64,000 nt of DNA, taken from an uncultured Chloroflexia bacterium (GTDB lineage Bacteria; Chloroflexota; Limnocylindria; Limnocylindrales; CSP1-4). Location of the stretch: assembly GCA_963768655.1 (NCBI GenBank), contig CAVYIM010000004.1, positions 767,784 through 831,783 of the forward strand, written 5' to 3'. The translations under genes were made by a program, and so were the position numbers. The notes below the pieces were generated by a model that worked only from the letters and a program-made list of their open reading frames with translations, did no database searches and was not told the DNA's origin. This document shows, in pieces, positions 16,512 through 26,999 of the stretch (position 1 is its first letter; every line of letters starts with the position of its first letter).

Positions 16512-17798
16512 CTACCTCGCGGCCGTGGCCGGCGCGTCGTAGACCTTCGTCGGCAGCTCGGCGAGCAGCGGCTCGGTCCACGTCCAGGCCGCGCCGTAGT
16601 GGCGACCCACGGCCCCGTGCCGGGCCGCCTCCGTCCGCAGCGGAAGCCCGAAGATCTCGATGAACCCGACGGCGCTGGCGTGGTCGAAGGCATCGTCCGC
16701 GTCGTACGTCGCCAGAGCCTTGTCGTACAGGGAGAGCGGGCTGCGCCGGCCGACCACGATGGCGTTGCCGTGGTCGAGCCGGACCCGGACGTCGCCGCTG
16801 ACGACGCGCTGGCTGCTGGCGGCGTAGCCGCGCAGGTCGCGGTGCAGGGCGCTGAACCACAGCCCGTCGTAGGTGAGCTGGGCCAGCTCGTCGGCCACCG
16901 TGCGATTGAAGCGGAGCGTGTCCTTGGTGAGAGTCAGCCCCTCCAGGGCGCGGTGGGCCCGGTGGATGACCGTCGCGGCGGGCGCCTCGTAGATCTCGCG
17001 GCTCTTGATGCCGACCAGGCGGTCCTCGACGTGGTCCACGCGACCGACGCCGTGGGCGCAGGCGAGGTCGTGCAGCTTCTCGACCAGCACGACCGGATCG
17101 AGCCGCTCGCCGTCGAGAGACACGGGGACGCCGCCCTCGAAGCCGATCACGATCTCGACCGGATCGGGCGCCGCCTCAGGGTCGACGGTCCAGCGGTAGA
17201 CGTCCGCTCGTGGCGCCGTCCAGGGATCCTCGAGGATGCCGGCTTCGATGGAGCGACCCCACAGGTTCACGTCGATCGAGTAGATCGAGTCCTTCGTGAT
17301 GGTGATCTCGATGTTGCGGGCCTTCGCGTACTCGATCTCCTGCTCGCGGGACAGACCCATGCCGACGCGCATCGGGGCGATGACGGCCAGCGATGGATCG
17401 AGGGCGTGCGTCGCGACATCGAAGCGGACCTGGTCGTTGCCCTTGCCGGTGCAGCCGTGGGCGACCGCGTCGGCCCCTTCCTTGTGAGCGACCTCGACCA
17501 GGAGCTGGGCGATCATCGGCCGGGCCATGGCAGTGGCCAGGGGATACACGCCCTGGTAGAGCGCCCCGGCCTGGACGTGGGGCCAGCAGAAGTCGCGCAC
17601 GAAGCGCTCGCGGCCGTCGACGACGTAGGCCCGGCTGGCGCCGGCGCTGATGGCCCGGCGATCGACGTCCTCCTTGAGCACGCCGCCGCCGAGATCGACG
17701 GTCAGAGTGACCACCTCGACGTTGTACTGCTCGCGCAGCCAGGCGACGGCGACCGAGGTGTCGAGTCCACCGGAATAGGCGAGCACCACCTTGTTCAT
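16512..17798 (-). CDS. argG: Argininosuccinate synthase
   Basis: VLAYSGGLDTS, HGCTGKGNDQVRF, SIDVNLWGRSIE, GIKSREIYEAP. Confidence 0.97.
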   Translation of the reverse strand: MNKVVLAYSGGLDTSVAVAWLREQYNVEVVTLTVDLGGGVLKEDVDRRAISAGASRAYVVDGRERFVRDFCWPHVQAGALYQGVYPLATAMARPMIAQLLVEVAHKEGADAVAHGCTGKGNDQVRFDVATHALDPSLAVIAPMRVGMGLSREQEIEYAKARNIEITITKDSIYSIDVNLWGRSIEAGILEDPWTAPRADVYRWTVDPEAAPDPVEIVIGFEGGVPVSLDGERLDPVVLVEKLHDLACAHGVGRVDHVEDRLVGIKSREIYEAPAATVIHRAHRALEGLTLTKDTLRFNRTVADELAQLTYDGLWFSALHRDLRGYAASSQRVVSGDVRVRLDHGNAIVVGRRSPLSLYDKALATYDADDAFDHASAVGFIEIFGLPLRTEAARHGAVGRHYGAAWTWTEPLLAELPTKVYDAPATAAR

Positions 17799-18337
17799 CG
17801 AGGAGCCTCCGAGTGAACGAACAGTCGTGCGTTCGGCCCGGCCGACGCGTCCGACGATTGGAATGTCCCGAAGCGGATCAGCCACCGCTCGAGGGCGGCT
17901 TCGGTCTCGAACAGGACCAGCACGGTGTTGTCGCCCGCAAGGGTGCCGACCTGATCGGCCAGGCTCGACTGATCGATCGCCTGGGCGATCGCGCCGGCCG
18001 ACCCGGGCGTCGCCACGAGCACCAGGCTCAGGCCGCTGCGACCTATCTGGACGGGGATGTCAGCGAGCAGCCTGCGGAGCCGGGCGTCGTAGGCGTTTCC
18101 CGTGGCGGCCGTCTCCGGAGTAGCGTAGACGTGGCGGTCGCCGCGCGGCACCTTCACCAGGCCCATCTCCGCGGCGTCTCGGCTGACCGTCGCCTGGGTG
18201 ACCTCGAAGCCTCTCTCGCGGAGAAGCTCGACCAGCTCCTCCTGGCTCCCGATCGGCGAATGCGAGATCAGATCGAGCAGGGCGCGCTGCCGGCGCTGCT
18301 TGACGTTCGGCTGGCTGCCGTTGATGGCCATGATCAC
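17795..18337 (-). CDS. argR: Arginine repressor
   Basis: SQEELV..L...GFEVTQATVSRD, TPGSA, GTLAGDNT. Confidence 0.95.
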   Translation of the reverse strand: MIMAINGSQPNVKQRRQRALLDLISHSPIGSQEELVELLRERGFEVTQATVSRDAAEMGLVKVPRGDRHVYATPETAATGNAYDARLRRLLADIPVQIGRSGLSLVLVATPGSAGAIAQAIDQSSLADQVGTLAGDNTVLVLFETEAALERWLIRFGTFQSSDASAGPNARLFVHSEAPR

Positions 18338-18346
18338 GATCCGATC

Positions 18347-19168
18347 TCAGGCCGTCGCGGGGGTTTCGGTGGCGGCGGGCGCCGCGGGCGCTGCCAGAGT
18401 GGCATGCCCCGCCGTGATGCGCGTGCCGAACGCCGCATCGTGCAGTGCCCGGCTCAGGGCGTGCGGATCGCCGGAATCGCAGATGACGGCCTCGGCTCCG
18501 GGCCAGCTCACGGCCTGGAGCGCGGCCCTGATCTTGGGCACCATGCCGCCCTTGATCACGCCGTCGGCGATGAGCTGCTCGGCTTCGTCCGCGGTCATGG
18601 TGGCGAGCTTCCGACCCGCCGCGTCACGGATGCCGTCGACATCGGTCATCAGCACCAGCTGGCGGGCGCCCAGGCCGGCGGCTATCCCGGCTGCGGCGTC
18701 GTCGGCGTTGACGTTGCAGACGATGCCCTGCTCGTCGCGGGCGAGTGGAGCGACGACGGCCACCTCTCCGGCCACGAGCAGCGCGTCCAGGAAGTCGCGC
18801 CGCAGCCCCACGACATGGGCCACGAGCCCCAGGCCGGGCACGCGTTCGGCGATCATCAGGCCGCCGTCGACGCCCGAAAGGCCCACGGCGTCCACGCCGC
18901 GGTCGCGCAGGTCCGAAACGAGCTCCGAATTCACGACGCCCCGGAGCACGGCCGCGGCGACGTCCAGCGCCGCCTGGTCCGTGACCCGGAGGCCGCCCTC
19001 GAAGCGGCTGGGCACGCCCAGGCGCTCGAGCCATTCGGTGATCCGCTTTCCGCCGCCGTGGACGAGCACGACCGGCCGCTCGCGCGCGACCGAGGCGACC
19101 TCGTCGAGGACGTGCGCCTGGTCGGCCAGCGTCGTGCCGCCGAGCTTGAGGACGAGGACTTCGCTCAC
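18347..19168 (-). CDS. argB: Acetylglutamate kinase
   Basis: VLKLGG, VHGGG, GLRVTD, NVNAD, MTDVDG, GGMVPK; GTG start overlapping the argJ stop. Confidence 0.95.
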   Translation of the reverse strand: MSEVLVLKLGGTTLADQAHVLDEVASVARERPVVLVHGGGKRITEWLERLGVPSRFEGGLRVTDQAALDVAAAVLRGVVNSELVSDLRDRGVDAVGLSGVDGGLMIAERVPGLGLVAHVVGLRRDFLDALLVAGEVAVVAPLARDEQGIVCNVNADDAAAGIAAGLGARQLVLMTDVDGIRDAAGRKLATMTADEAEQLIADGVIKGGMVPKIRAALQAVSWPGAEAVICDSGDPHALSRALHDAAFGTRITAGHATLAAPAAPAATETPATA

Positions 19169-20604
19169 GTGGTGTACTCCGCGTTCTCGATGACGTAACC
19201 CTCGGTCAGGTCGCAGCCGAATGCCTCGCCGGATCCCTTGCCCAGGCCGAGGTCCAGGCGGATGAGCACCTCCGGCGCGTCCATCGCCTTTCGAACGGCC
19301 TCGCGGTCGAAGGGGAGGGGAGCGCCGGCGGCGAAGACCAGGCACCCGGCAATGCCGATGCTCAGCCGCTCCAGGTCGAACTCGGGTCCGCGGCCGGCGC
19401 GCGGCATGGCCTCGGTGTGGTGCAGGCCGGCCGCCTCGAGGAGCTCCTCGTCGGGCAGGCGGGCGTTTCCGGCGGCGCTGGCCACGCGTCCCCAGTTCGG
19501 GTCGCGGCCGTGGACAGCGGCCTTGAGGAGGCTGCTGGCGACGACGGAGCGGGCGACCGCCCGGGCGTCGTGATCGTCGACGGCGCCGCTGACCTGGCAC
19601 GTGATGAGGGTCGAGGCGCCCTCACCGTCGGCGGCCTGCTGGCGCGCCAGGGATCGCGCCACTGCTTCGATCGCCGCGCCGAGCGCGGCGGCTTCGGGGC
19701 TGGCCGTTGCCACGGGCCTCGCTCGGGCCGCGCCCGACGCGAGCAGGAAGACGGTGTCGTTGGTGCTCGTGTCGCCGTCGACGCTCAGTTGATTCCACGT
19801 CCGCTGGACTATTGGAGTGAGCAGCCCGAAGAGCGTGTCCGGCGCGGCTGTCGCGTCGGTCAGGATGACGCCCAGCATCGTGGCCATGCGGGGGTGGATC
19901 ATCCCCACGCCCTTGGCGATGCCGGAGACGGTCACCCGTACCGGCGAGCCATCCGGGCCGGGCAACTCGACGCAGGCCGTGGCGAGCTTGATCTTCGTGT
20001 CGGTGGTCATCATCGCCCCCGCCACGGCCGCGAGGGCTTCGGCTGTCGCGGCGAGCTGCGGGACCAGCCGCGCGATCCCGTCGCGGATCTTCACCGTGGG
20101 CAGCCGTACGCCGATGACGCCAGTGGAGAGTGCAAGGGTCCGTTCGGCTCGCGTCCCGAGCGCGGCAGCGACCGCCTTGCAGACCTCGGCTTGATCGGTG
20201 TCTCCTTCCACGCCCGTGGCCGCGTTCGCTGCGCCGGCCGTCACGACGATCGCGTCCGCCCAGCCGAATCGGCCGCCGCCGCCGATCTCGGTGGCGTTGA
20301 GGTGGGCCTGAGAGACGCGGATGGGAGCCGCCACGACCTGGTTGCGGGTGAAGACGGCGGCCGCGGCCGCGGGCCCGCGGAGAGTGGCGATTATTCCCAG
20401 ATCCGGGCGCCCCGAGGCCTTGATGCCGGCGGCCGCGGCGCCGGCCCGGAAGCCGCCGGGCAGCACGGCCCGCTCTTCGATCGGCGGCAGCGCGACAGGA
20501 AGAGCCTCGAGAGCGGCGAGGTGGCCGTCTCCGGTGGCGCTGGACACGGCGCCGGACACCGGGCCGCCAACCGGGGCCGAAGGATCGAGTGCTCCGGGTT
20601 GCAT
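19165..20604 (-). CDS. argJ: Ornithine acetyltransferase / N-acetylglutamate synthase
   Basis: MTTDT, AKGVGMIHPRMATML, VDGDTSTNDT, DPNWGR, GCDLT.GYVIENAEYTT. Confidence 0.96.
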   Translation of the reverse strand: MQPGALDPSAPVGGPVSGAVSSATGDGHLAALEALPVALPPIEERAVLPGGFRAGAAAAGIKASGRPDLGIIATLRGPAAAAAVFTRNQVVAAPIRVSQAHLNATEIGGGGRFGWADAIVVTAGAANAATGVEGDTDQAEVCKAVAAALGTRAERTLALSTGVIGVRLPTVKIRDGIARLVPQLAATAEALAAVAGAMMTTDTKIKLATACVELPGPDGSPVRVTVSGIAKGVGMIHPRMATMLGVILTDATAAPDTLFGLLTPIVQRTWNQLSVDGDTSTNDTVFLLASGAARARPVATASPEAAALGAAIEAVARSLARQQAADGEGASTLITCQVSGAVDDHDARAVARSVVASSLLKAAVHGRDPNWGRVASAAGNARLPDEELLEAAGLHHTEAMPRAGRGPEFDLERLSIGIAGCLVFAAGAPLPFDREAVRKAMDAPEVLIRLDLGLGKGSGEAFGCDLTEGYVIENAEYTT

Positions 20605-20644
20605 GGGCTGTAGCTTCCTTACGCTCGGCGCGGCTGCGGCGTGG

Positions 20645-21814
20645 CTAGGGTGCGATCGGGTACTGTTCGAGCCCCGTTGTCTCGGGCAGGCCGAAGAGGA
20701 CGTTGAGGGCCTGGACCGCCTGCCCGGCCGCCCCCTTGACCAGGTTGTCGATGACGCCCAGCGCCAGGATGCGGCCGCTGCGCGGATCGACCCGGCACCA
20801 CACCCGGCACATGTTGCTGCCATAGACGTGCTTGGTGGCCGGCGGATCGGTGACGACCTGGACGAACGGCTCGTCGCGATAGGCCTCCGCGTACAGCGCG
20901 TCCAGCTCCGCCTGGGTGACGGGGCGGGTCGGCCGCACATGGCAGCTGACGAGGATTCCACGCGTCATCGGAATGAGGTGCGGCAGGAAATCAACCACGG
21001 CTACGCCCGGGTTGGCGTCGCGGCTGCCGAGCGCGCCGCGCTCTCCCTGCTGCTGGAGCTCCTGCTCCATCTCGGCGGTGTGGCGGTGGGTGAACATGCC
21101 GTAGGCCTTGACGCTCTCGTTGATCTCGGAGAAGAGCAGATCGGGCTTGGGCTCGCGGCCCGCCCCCGACACCCCGCTCTTGGCATCGACTGCGAGATCG
21201 CCGATCAGCCCGGCCCGGGCCAGCGGGGCGAGGGTCAGGATCGTCGCGGTCGGGTAGCAGCCGGGCAGCCCGATGACGCTCGAATTCTGCTCGGCGGCGG
21301 CGCGGATCTCCTCCCGGTGCAACTCCGGGAGGCCGTATACGGCCCGAGCCAGGAGCTCGGGCGCTGGATGGTCGAGCTTGTACCAGCGCGGATAGTCGGC
21401 CGGATCGTGGAGCCGGAAGTCCGGCCCGACGTCCAGCAGGGCGGAGCCGCGGGCCGTGATCTCGGCGGCCATCTCGGCGGCCACGCCGTGCGGCAGCGCT
21501 GTGAAGATGGCGTCGGCCTCGGGCATGGCCGCATCGATGACCAGGCCCGATGCGGCGAGGTGCGGATGAGACTCCGCGATCGAGACGTTGTCGCGGTTGC
21601 GGCCGTACAGGCCTGCCAGCCGGACGCGCGGGTGGTTCAGCAGCAGCCGAACCAGCTCGCCGCCTGCATAGCCGGTGGCGCCGACGATGCCGACGGTGAT
21701 CGTCCGGCTGCCCTGTCGAGCGCGGACCGTGCGAGCCCCCAGCGAGGCAGGCGCAGGCTTCTTCCCGGAGCTGGCTGTCGAAACGCCGTCGGGCGTGGGT
21801 CTGGTGGAGGTCAT
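20645..21814 (-). CDS. argC: N-acetyl-gamma-glutamyl-phosphate reductase
   Basis: GATGYAGGEL, YGLPEL, PGCYPT, SGVSGAGR, DNLVKGAAGQA. Confidence 0.96.
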   Translation of the reverse strand: MTSTRPTPDGVSTASSGKKPAPASLGARTVRARQGSRTITVGIVGATGYAGGELVRLLLNHPRVRLAGLYGRNRDNVSIAESHPHLAASGLVIDAAMPEADAIFTALPHGVAAEMAAEITARGSALLDVGPDFRLHDPADYPRWYKLDHPAPELLARAVYGLPELHREEIRAAAEQNSSVIGLPGCYPTATILTLAPLARAGLIGDLAVDAKSGVSGAGREPKPDLLFSEINESVKAYGMFTHRHTAEMEQELQQQGERGALGSRDANPGVAVVDFLPHLIPMTRGILVSCHVRPTRPVTQAELDALYAEAYRDEPFVQVVTDPPATKHVYGSNMCRVWCRVDPRSGRILALGVIDNLVKGAAGQAVQALNVLFGLPETTGLEQYPIAP

Positions 21815-21817
21815 GGC

Positions 21818-21851
21818 GCATGAGTATACGGTTCAGTGAATAGTCATGCAA
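21818..21851 (-). promoter_or_regulatory. argC promoter overlapped by ARG boxes
   Basis: Minus strand: TTGCAT-17 bp-TATACT-8 nt-ATG; ARG box TGCATGACTATTCA and a degenerate second box CGTATACTCATGCG 20 bp downstream. Confidence 0.85.
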
Positions 21852-21923
21852 GCTCGGCGCTCGGCGCTCGCGGCACCGCCACCCGCCCGCGACCCGCCGC
21901 CCGCGGCCCACGACCGGCGCCGA

Positions 21924-22598
21924 TCAGATGTAGCCGGCCGCGACCAGAATGATGCCCGCGACCATGAACCAGTGGAGCAGCCAGCCCCAGACGAACGAGC
22001 GCGTGCGCCAGGCCAGGATGCCGAAGAAGACGCCCCCCGCGATCGTCGACAGCACCTCGAGCTCGGGCTTCCAGACATGCATCAGGGCGAACGGGATCAT
22101 CTGCAGCCAGATCGCGTCGGTGCCGTACCTGGGCCGGAAGGATCCCAGCAGCCAACCCCGGAAGAAGAACTCCCAGGCGAACATGTCGACGCCGGAGTCC
22201 AGGACGATCCGCCAGGCTGGTCTCTGCCCCGCGAGCAGTGTGTAGAAGACGCGGAAGTCCGGCAATTGCCCCAGGATCGCGATGACGACCGACATGATGG
22301 CGATGCCGGCGATCGCCACCGGCAACCCGAGCCTCCAGTCGCCCAGGACCATGCCGTAGCGACGCGGACTCTCGCGCCAGACCAGGACGATGACGGTCAT
22401 CGGGACCAGCGCTTCGAGCACCAGGTGCGCGTACTCGGGCTGGCCGTAGGTGTTGTCGTACGCGACCAGCAGGACGAGCATGGCGGCCGTAATGGCCTGG
22501 ACCATCCTGGCATCGAAGTCCACCCCCCAGATCCGCCAGGTCGTCCCGGCTCGGACTTCCGGCGTGGCTTCGTCCCCAGCCGAGGCTGCCTGAGACAC
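21924..22598 (-). CDS. CPBP (CAAX/Abi) intramembrane metalloprotease
   Basis: WEFFFRG, FALMH, LLHWF motifs within TM helices. Confidence 0.88.
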   Translation of the reverse strand: MSQAASAGDEATPEVRAGTTWRIWGVDFDARMVQAITAAMLVLLVAYDNTYGQPEYAHLVLEALVPMTVIVLVWRESPRRYGMVLGDWRLGLPVAIAGIAIMSVVIAILGQLPDFRVFYTLLAGQRPAWRIVLDSGVDMFAWEFFFRGWLLGSFRPRYGTDAIWLQMIPFALMHVWKPELEVLSTIAGGVFFGILAWRTRSFVWGWLLHWFMVAGIILVAAGYI

Positions 22599-22850
22599 CG
22601 ACCATCCCTCCAGGGCTTGCGCACTCCTGGTCACTCGGTGGGCGGGCGCCTCAGCCGGGGCGGCGCGGTCGGAGCGTCCGCGTCGGCGGGGCGATGATAT
22701 CAATCTGCGCCCGCCCGAAGCCCGGCCCGGGCCGGTTTGGGGGGCGCCGACCCCGGCCGTGGCGCGCCACCATCTGGCGCCGCGCCACGGCCAGCACGCC
22801 GCGGCCGGGCGCCGCGGCCCGCCGCCCAACGGCCGGCCGAAGCCAGTAGG

Positions 22851-23342
22851 TCAGACCGACAGCACGTCCTTCATCGGCCCGGTGACGACGACCTCGCCCG
22901 CCTCCTCGGCCGGCCCGTTCGCGGCCCCGGCCCCGCGCCGGATCTGGTAGCGATGGCTTATCCGGGCCACGCCGGAGGCGAACTGCGCGCTCACGGTGCA
23001 GTACTTCGTGGCCGACAGCTCGATGGAGCGCCGGACGGCCTCAGTCTCGACGTCGCCGTCTACGACGTGGAGGACGATCATGTCGGTGAAGACGTTGGGT
23101 GCTTTGTCGCGCTGGACGCCGCTGACCTCGACGGTGTAGCCCGTGACGGCCTGCCGCTTCTTGGCCAGGATGTCGACGACGTCCATGGCCGTACAGCCGG
23201 CGATCGCCGCCAGCACGACCTCGGTCGGGCGTGGCCCGGTATTGCCGGCCGCGTTGTCCATGACTATGTCGTGCCCGGAACCGGTGGCCGCCACGAACCG
23301 AAGGCCGCCCTCGTGCCGGAGGCTGATTCGCTTCTCGCCCAA
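22851..23342 (-). CDS. OsmC/YhfA family protein
   Basis: GPRPTEVVLAAIAGCTAMDV...LSATKYCTVS. Confidence 0.92.
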   Translation of the reverse strand: MGEKRISLRHEGGLRFVAATGSGHDIVMDNAAGNTGPRPTEVVLAAIAGCTAMDVVDILAKKRQAVTGYTVEVSGVQRDKAPNVFTDMIVLHVVDGDVETEAVRRSIELSATKYCTVSAQFASGVARISHRYQIRRGAGAANGPAEEAGEVVVTGPMKDVLSV

Positions 23343-23368
23343 TCCACGATCTCCTTGCTGCTTGGCCG

Positions 23369-25321
23369 CTATGCCGGCTCCGCCGCCAGGGCTTCCCGCG
23401 CCGATGGCAGCCTGCCCGTCTCCGCGGTTCCCTGGCGCGCGAACTGCGTTTGGTACAGCTCTGAGTAAACTCCGCCGGCGGCCAGCAGGTCGTCATGCGT
23501 GCCCCGCTCGACGATGCACCCCTCCACGACGACGAGGATCTGATCGGCCTCGCGCACCGTTGAGAGACGGTGGGCGATGACGACGGAGGTGCGGCCGGTG
23601 AGCGCCGTCCGGAGCGCCAGCTGAACCGCTACCTCCGACTCGGAATCGAGGTGGGCCGTCGCCTCGTCGAGCACGACGATCGTCGGCGCCTTGAGCAACA
23701 GCCGGGCGATCGCGATGCGCTGCTTCTCGCCCCCCGACAGCCGGTAGCCGCGATCGCCGACGACCGTGTCCAGGCCGGCCGGCAGCGATTCGATCAGCGG
23801 CATGATCTGGGCGGCCTGGAGGGCCTCGAGCAGCTCCTCTTCAGAGGCTTGGGGCTTCGCGTACAGCAGGTTGGCCCGGATCGTGTCGTGGAACATGTGC
23901 GCATCCTGGGTGACCACTCCAATCTCGCGGCGGATCGAGGCCAGAGTCGCGTCGCGCACGTCCACTCCGTTGATGCGGATGGCGCCCGAGCGCACGTCGT
24001 ACAGGCGCGGGATCAGATGACTCATCGTGGTCTTCCCGCCGCCGGACGGACCTACCAGCGCCACCAGCTCGCCCGGCCGGGCCGTGAACGACACGTCGAA
24101 GAGAACCTGCTGCGAGGGGGCCTGGTCGAGCACCGCGACCGACTCCAGCGAAGCCAGAGACACTTCCTCCGCCCGCGGATAGCTGAAGTCGACGTGGTCG
24201 AATTCGATGGTCGCGGGACCGGTCGGGATTGCCACGGCATCCGGCTTCTCCGCGACCATGGGCTCGAGGTCGAGCACTTCGAAGACGCGATCGAAGCTGA
24301 CCAGCGCGGTCATGATGTCGACCTGCACGTTCGAGAGGGCGGTCAGCGGGGCGTAGAGCCGGTTGAGGTACGCCGTCAGGGCGACGACCGTGCCGACCTG
24401 CAGCGCGCCACCGGCGGCAAGCACGCCGCCCCAGCCGTAGACGAGGGCGGTGGCGAGTGACGCGGTGAGCAGAATGGCGGCCATGAACACCCGCGTGTAC
24501 ATGGCCTGCGTGACCCCGATGTCGCGCACCCGGCCGGCCCTGTCCTCGAAGCTATGGATCTCGCGCATGGGCTCGCCGAAGAGCTTCACCAGGAGCGCCC
24601 CGGCCACGTTGAAGCGCTCGGTCATCATCGAGGTCATCTTGGCGTTGAGGTTGTAGCTCTCGCGGGTGAGAGCCTGGATCCGGCGACCGACCCAGCGAGC
24701 CGGCAGCAAGATGATCGGCAGGAGCGCCAGCGCCACCAGCGTGATAGGCCACGACAGCAGCAGCATGGCGGCGAGGGTGATGGCCACCGTGATGACGTTG
24801 CCGACAACCGACGAGAACGTGTCGGTGAACGCCTGCTGCGCGTCCAGCACGTCGTTGTTGAGCCGGCTCACCAGGGCGCCGGTCTGAGTCCGGGTGAAGA
24901 AGGCGATGGGCATGCGCTGGAAGTGCGCGAACACCTGCGTGCGCATGTCGAAGATGAGGCCCTCGCCGACCCGCGCGGAGATCCACCGCTCCCAGAGAGA
25001 CAGTGCCGCGTCCGACACTGCCAGTACGCCGAGCAAGAGGGCCAGCTGCACCACCAGGCCGGAATCGTGGGGCAGGATGCCGTTGTCGATGATGGCCCGG
25101 TAGATGAGCGGGTTCGCGGCGCCCAACAGGGCGTCCAGGATGATCAGCACGAGGAAGATCGCCAGCATCCGCCGATACGGCGCCGCGAAGCGCGCGATCC
25201 GCCGCAGGATGCCGGGCGAGAGCTTCTGGGAGGTCACCGACTCGTCGCGACGGAATGAGCGCATCAGTCCCCAGCCGCCGCCTCCGCCACCCATGCCCCG
25301 GCGCATGCTCATCGAGCGCAC
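23369..25321 (-). CDS. ABC transporter, fused permease and ATPase (MsbA/multidrug-like)
   Basis: N-terminal TM domain, GPSGGGKTT, LSGGEKQR, LDEATAHLD. Confidence 0.95.
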   Translation of the reverse strand: MRSMSMRRGMGGGGGGWGLMRSFRRDESVTSQKLSPGILRRIARFAAPYRRMLAIFLVLIILDALLGAANPLIYRAIIDNGILPHDSGLVVQLALLLGVLAVSDAALSLWERWISARVGEGLIFDMRTQVFAHFQRMPIAFFTRTQTGALVSRLNNDVLDAQQAFTDTFSSVVGNVITVAITLAAMLLLSWPITLVALALLPIILLPARWVGRRIQALTRESYNLNAKMTSMMTERFNVAGALLVKLFGEPMREIHSFEDRAGRVRDIGVTQAMYTRVFMAAILLTASLATALVYGWGGVLAAGGALQVGTVVALTAYLNRLYAPLTALSNVQVDIMTALVSFDRVFEVLDLEPMVAEKPDAVAIPTGPATIEFDHVDFSYPRAEEVSLASLESVAVLDQAPSQQVLFDVSFTARPGELVALVGPSGGGKTTMSHLIPRLYDVRSGAIRINGVDVRDATLASIRREIGVVTQDAHMFHDTIRANLLYAKPQASEEELLEALQAAQIMPLIESLPAGLDTVVGDRGYRLSGGEKQRIAIARLLLKAPTIVVLDEATAHLDSESEVAVQLALRTALTGRTSVVIAHRLSTVREADQILVVVEGCIVERGTHDDLLAAGGVYSELYQTQFARQGTAETGRLPSAREALAAEPA

Positions 25322-25490
25322 CTCATGGTTCGCCGGGGGAGCGCATGTGCGGTTGATAGGGCGAAGCGGTGGCGATCACCGCCGAGGAAAGACATCAGGA
25401 CTCCACTGCGCAATGCACACGCTACCAGGGGTGCCCGCCGGTCGCCTGAACCGGCCCCGGCCGGCCGGCTCGCACGCCGTCCCGGTCTCG

Positions 25491-26579
25491 TTACCGAGCG
25501 GAAACGGCGCTCGCGGCCGCGCCGGCAGCTGCGTGCGCCTCCTCGGCCTCGAGCCAGCGCTCCGCGTCGATGGCGGCGCGGCAGCCTTCTCCGGCCGCCG
25601 TCACAGCCTGGCGATAGCGGTGGTCGTCGACGTCGCCCGCCACGAAGACGCCATCGATGTTCGAGGCGGTCGTCGGTCCTTCGGCCCGCAGATAGCCCTT
25701 CTCGTCGAGATCGAGCCAGTCGCGGAAGACCGCCACGTTGGGCCGGTGGCCGATGGCGACGAAGAAGCCGTCGACCGGCAGGATCTCTTCGCCCGCCCCG
25801 TCGGTCCTGCCGAGCCGCAGCCCCTCGACGTGCTCGGCCCCGAGCACTTCTTCGACCGTCCGGTTCAGGTGCAGCTCGATCCTGGGGTTCGAGGCGGCTC
25901 TGGCCTGCATGATCTTGCTGCCGCGAAACGCGTCGCGGCGATGGATCAGGTGCACCTTGCTGGCGAAGCGCGTCAGGAAGAGGGCCTCCTCGAGGGCGCT
26001 GTCGCCGCCGCCGACGATGCCGACCTCCTTGCCGCGGAAGAAGAAGCCGTCGCACGTCGCGCAAGCGCTCACGCCCCGGCCGCGCAGGCGCGTCTCGCTC
26101 TCGATGCCGAGCCAGATCGCCTCGGCGCCGGTCGCCACGATCAAGGCCTCGGCGCGGTACTCGACGCCCGCGGCCCACAGCCGGAAGGGGCGACCGCTGA
26201 GGTCCACACGCTCGACGTCCGCGTCGACGATCAGCGCCCCAAAGCGCTCGGCCTGTTTGCGGAAGAGGCCCATCAGCTCGGGGCCCTGGACGCCGTCTGG
26301 GAAGCCCGGGTAGTTCTCGACCTCGCTCGTGATCATGAGCTGCCCGCCGGCCGCGACGCCGCCGAGAACGATCGGCGCCAGGTTGGCGCGCGCGGTGTAG
26401 ATCGCGGCGGTGAGCCCGGCCGGACCCGATCCGACGATGACGATGCGCGCCTCGAGCGGTTTGCCGGTTCCGCCGGCGGGGGACTGGCTCACGGGCGCGC
26501 TGCCGTCTGCCGCGGGAATGAAGTTCAGGCTGATGCCGCCCAGCCCAGGCGTCTTGTTGGTGGTCTCGCCGTCGCTCAT
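25491..26579 (-). CDS. trxB: Thioredoxin reductase
   Basis: GSGPAGLTAA, VENYPGF, CATC active site, GGGDSALEEA, YRQAVTAAG.GC. Confidence 0.96.
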   Translation of the reverse strand: MSDGETTNKTPGLGGISLNFIPAADGSAPVSQSPAGGTGKPLEARIVIVGSGPAGLTAAIYTARANLAPIVLGGVAAGGQLMITSEVENYPGFPDGVQGPELMGLFRKQAERFGALIVDADVERVDLSGRPFRLWAAGVEYRAEALIVATGAEAIWLGIESETRLRGRGVSACATCDGFFFRGKEVGIVGGGDSALEEALFLTRFASKVHLIHRRDAFRGSKIMQARAASNPRIELHLNRTVEEVLGAEHVEGLRLGRTDGAGEEILPVDGFFVAIGHRPNVAVFRDWLDLDEKGYLRAEGPTTASNIDGVFVAGDVDDHRYRQAVTAAGEGCRAAIDAERWLEAEEAHAAAGAAASAVSAR

Positions 26580-26662
26580 GTCGTCATCGTAGCACGGGGC
26601 CGATACTCCTGGGGAGTATACCGCGGCACGGGGCGGGTCGGCCGACGGCGCGGCCGGTCCAT

Positions 26663-26723
26663 CCCGGGTCGTGACGCCCGGGTCGTGGCGCCCGGGTCGT
26701 GGCGCCCGGGTCGTGGCGCCCGG
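26663..26723. repeat. 14-bp tandem repeat (CCCGGGTCGTGRCG), about 4 copies
   Basis: Directly visible upstream of trxB. Confidence 0.8.
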
Positions 26724-26727
26724 CATC

Positions 26728-26936
26728 TGGTCAAACTTGCCTCAGGCGGGAGTTACGCCAGACGAGACGGCGCCTGGGCTGGCTCGAATCATCCTTGCGG
26801 CCCCGGACCGGTCATTGATCGCTCTCGCAGTCCGGCGCTCGAGCGTCGCCCTGCGCTCTGACGGCTCCGCGCCGCCACCCGGCCCGCTGAAGGCTGCGGT
26901 TGGATGGCTGACTCTCACCCCGGGCAAATCTGACCA
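26728..26936. repeat. ~210-bp intergenic element with 28-bp imperfect inverted repeats (copy 2 of the 13321 family)
   Basis: TGGTCAAACTTGCCTCAGGCGGGAGTTA ... TGACTCTCACCCCGGGCAAATCTGACCA. Confidence 0.6.
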
Positions 26937-26999
26937 TAAAGCAATGCCCCGAGCCGATCATCGCGCCGCCAGACAGCCGAGGGCAGTGGATCAGACCGG

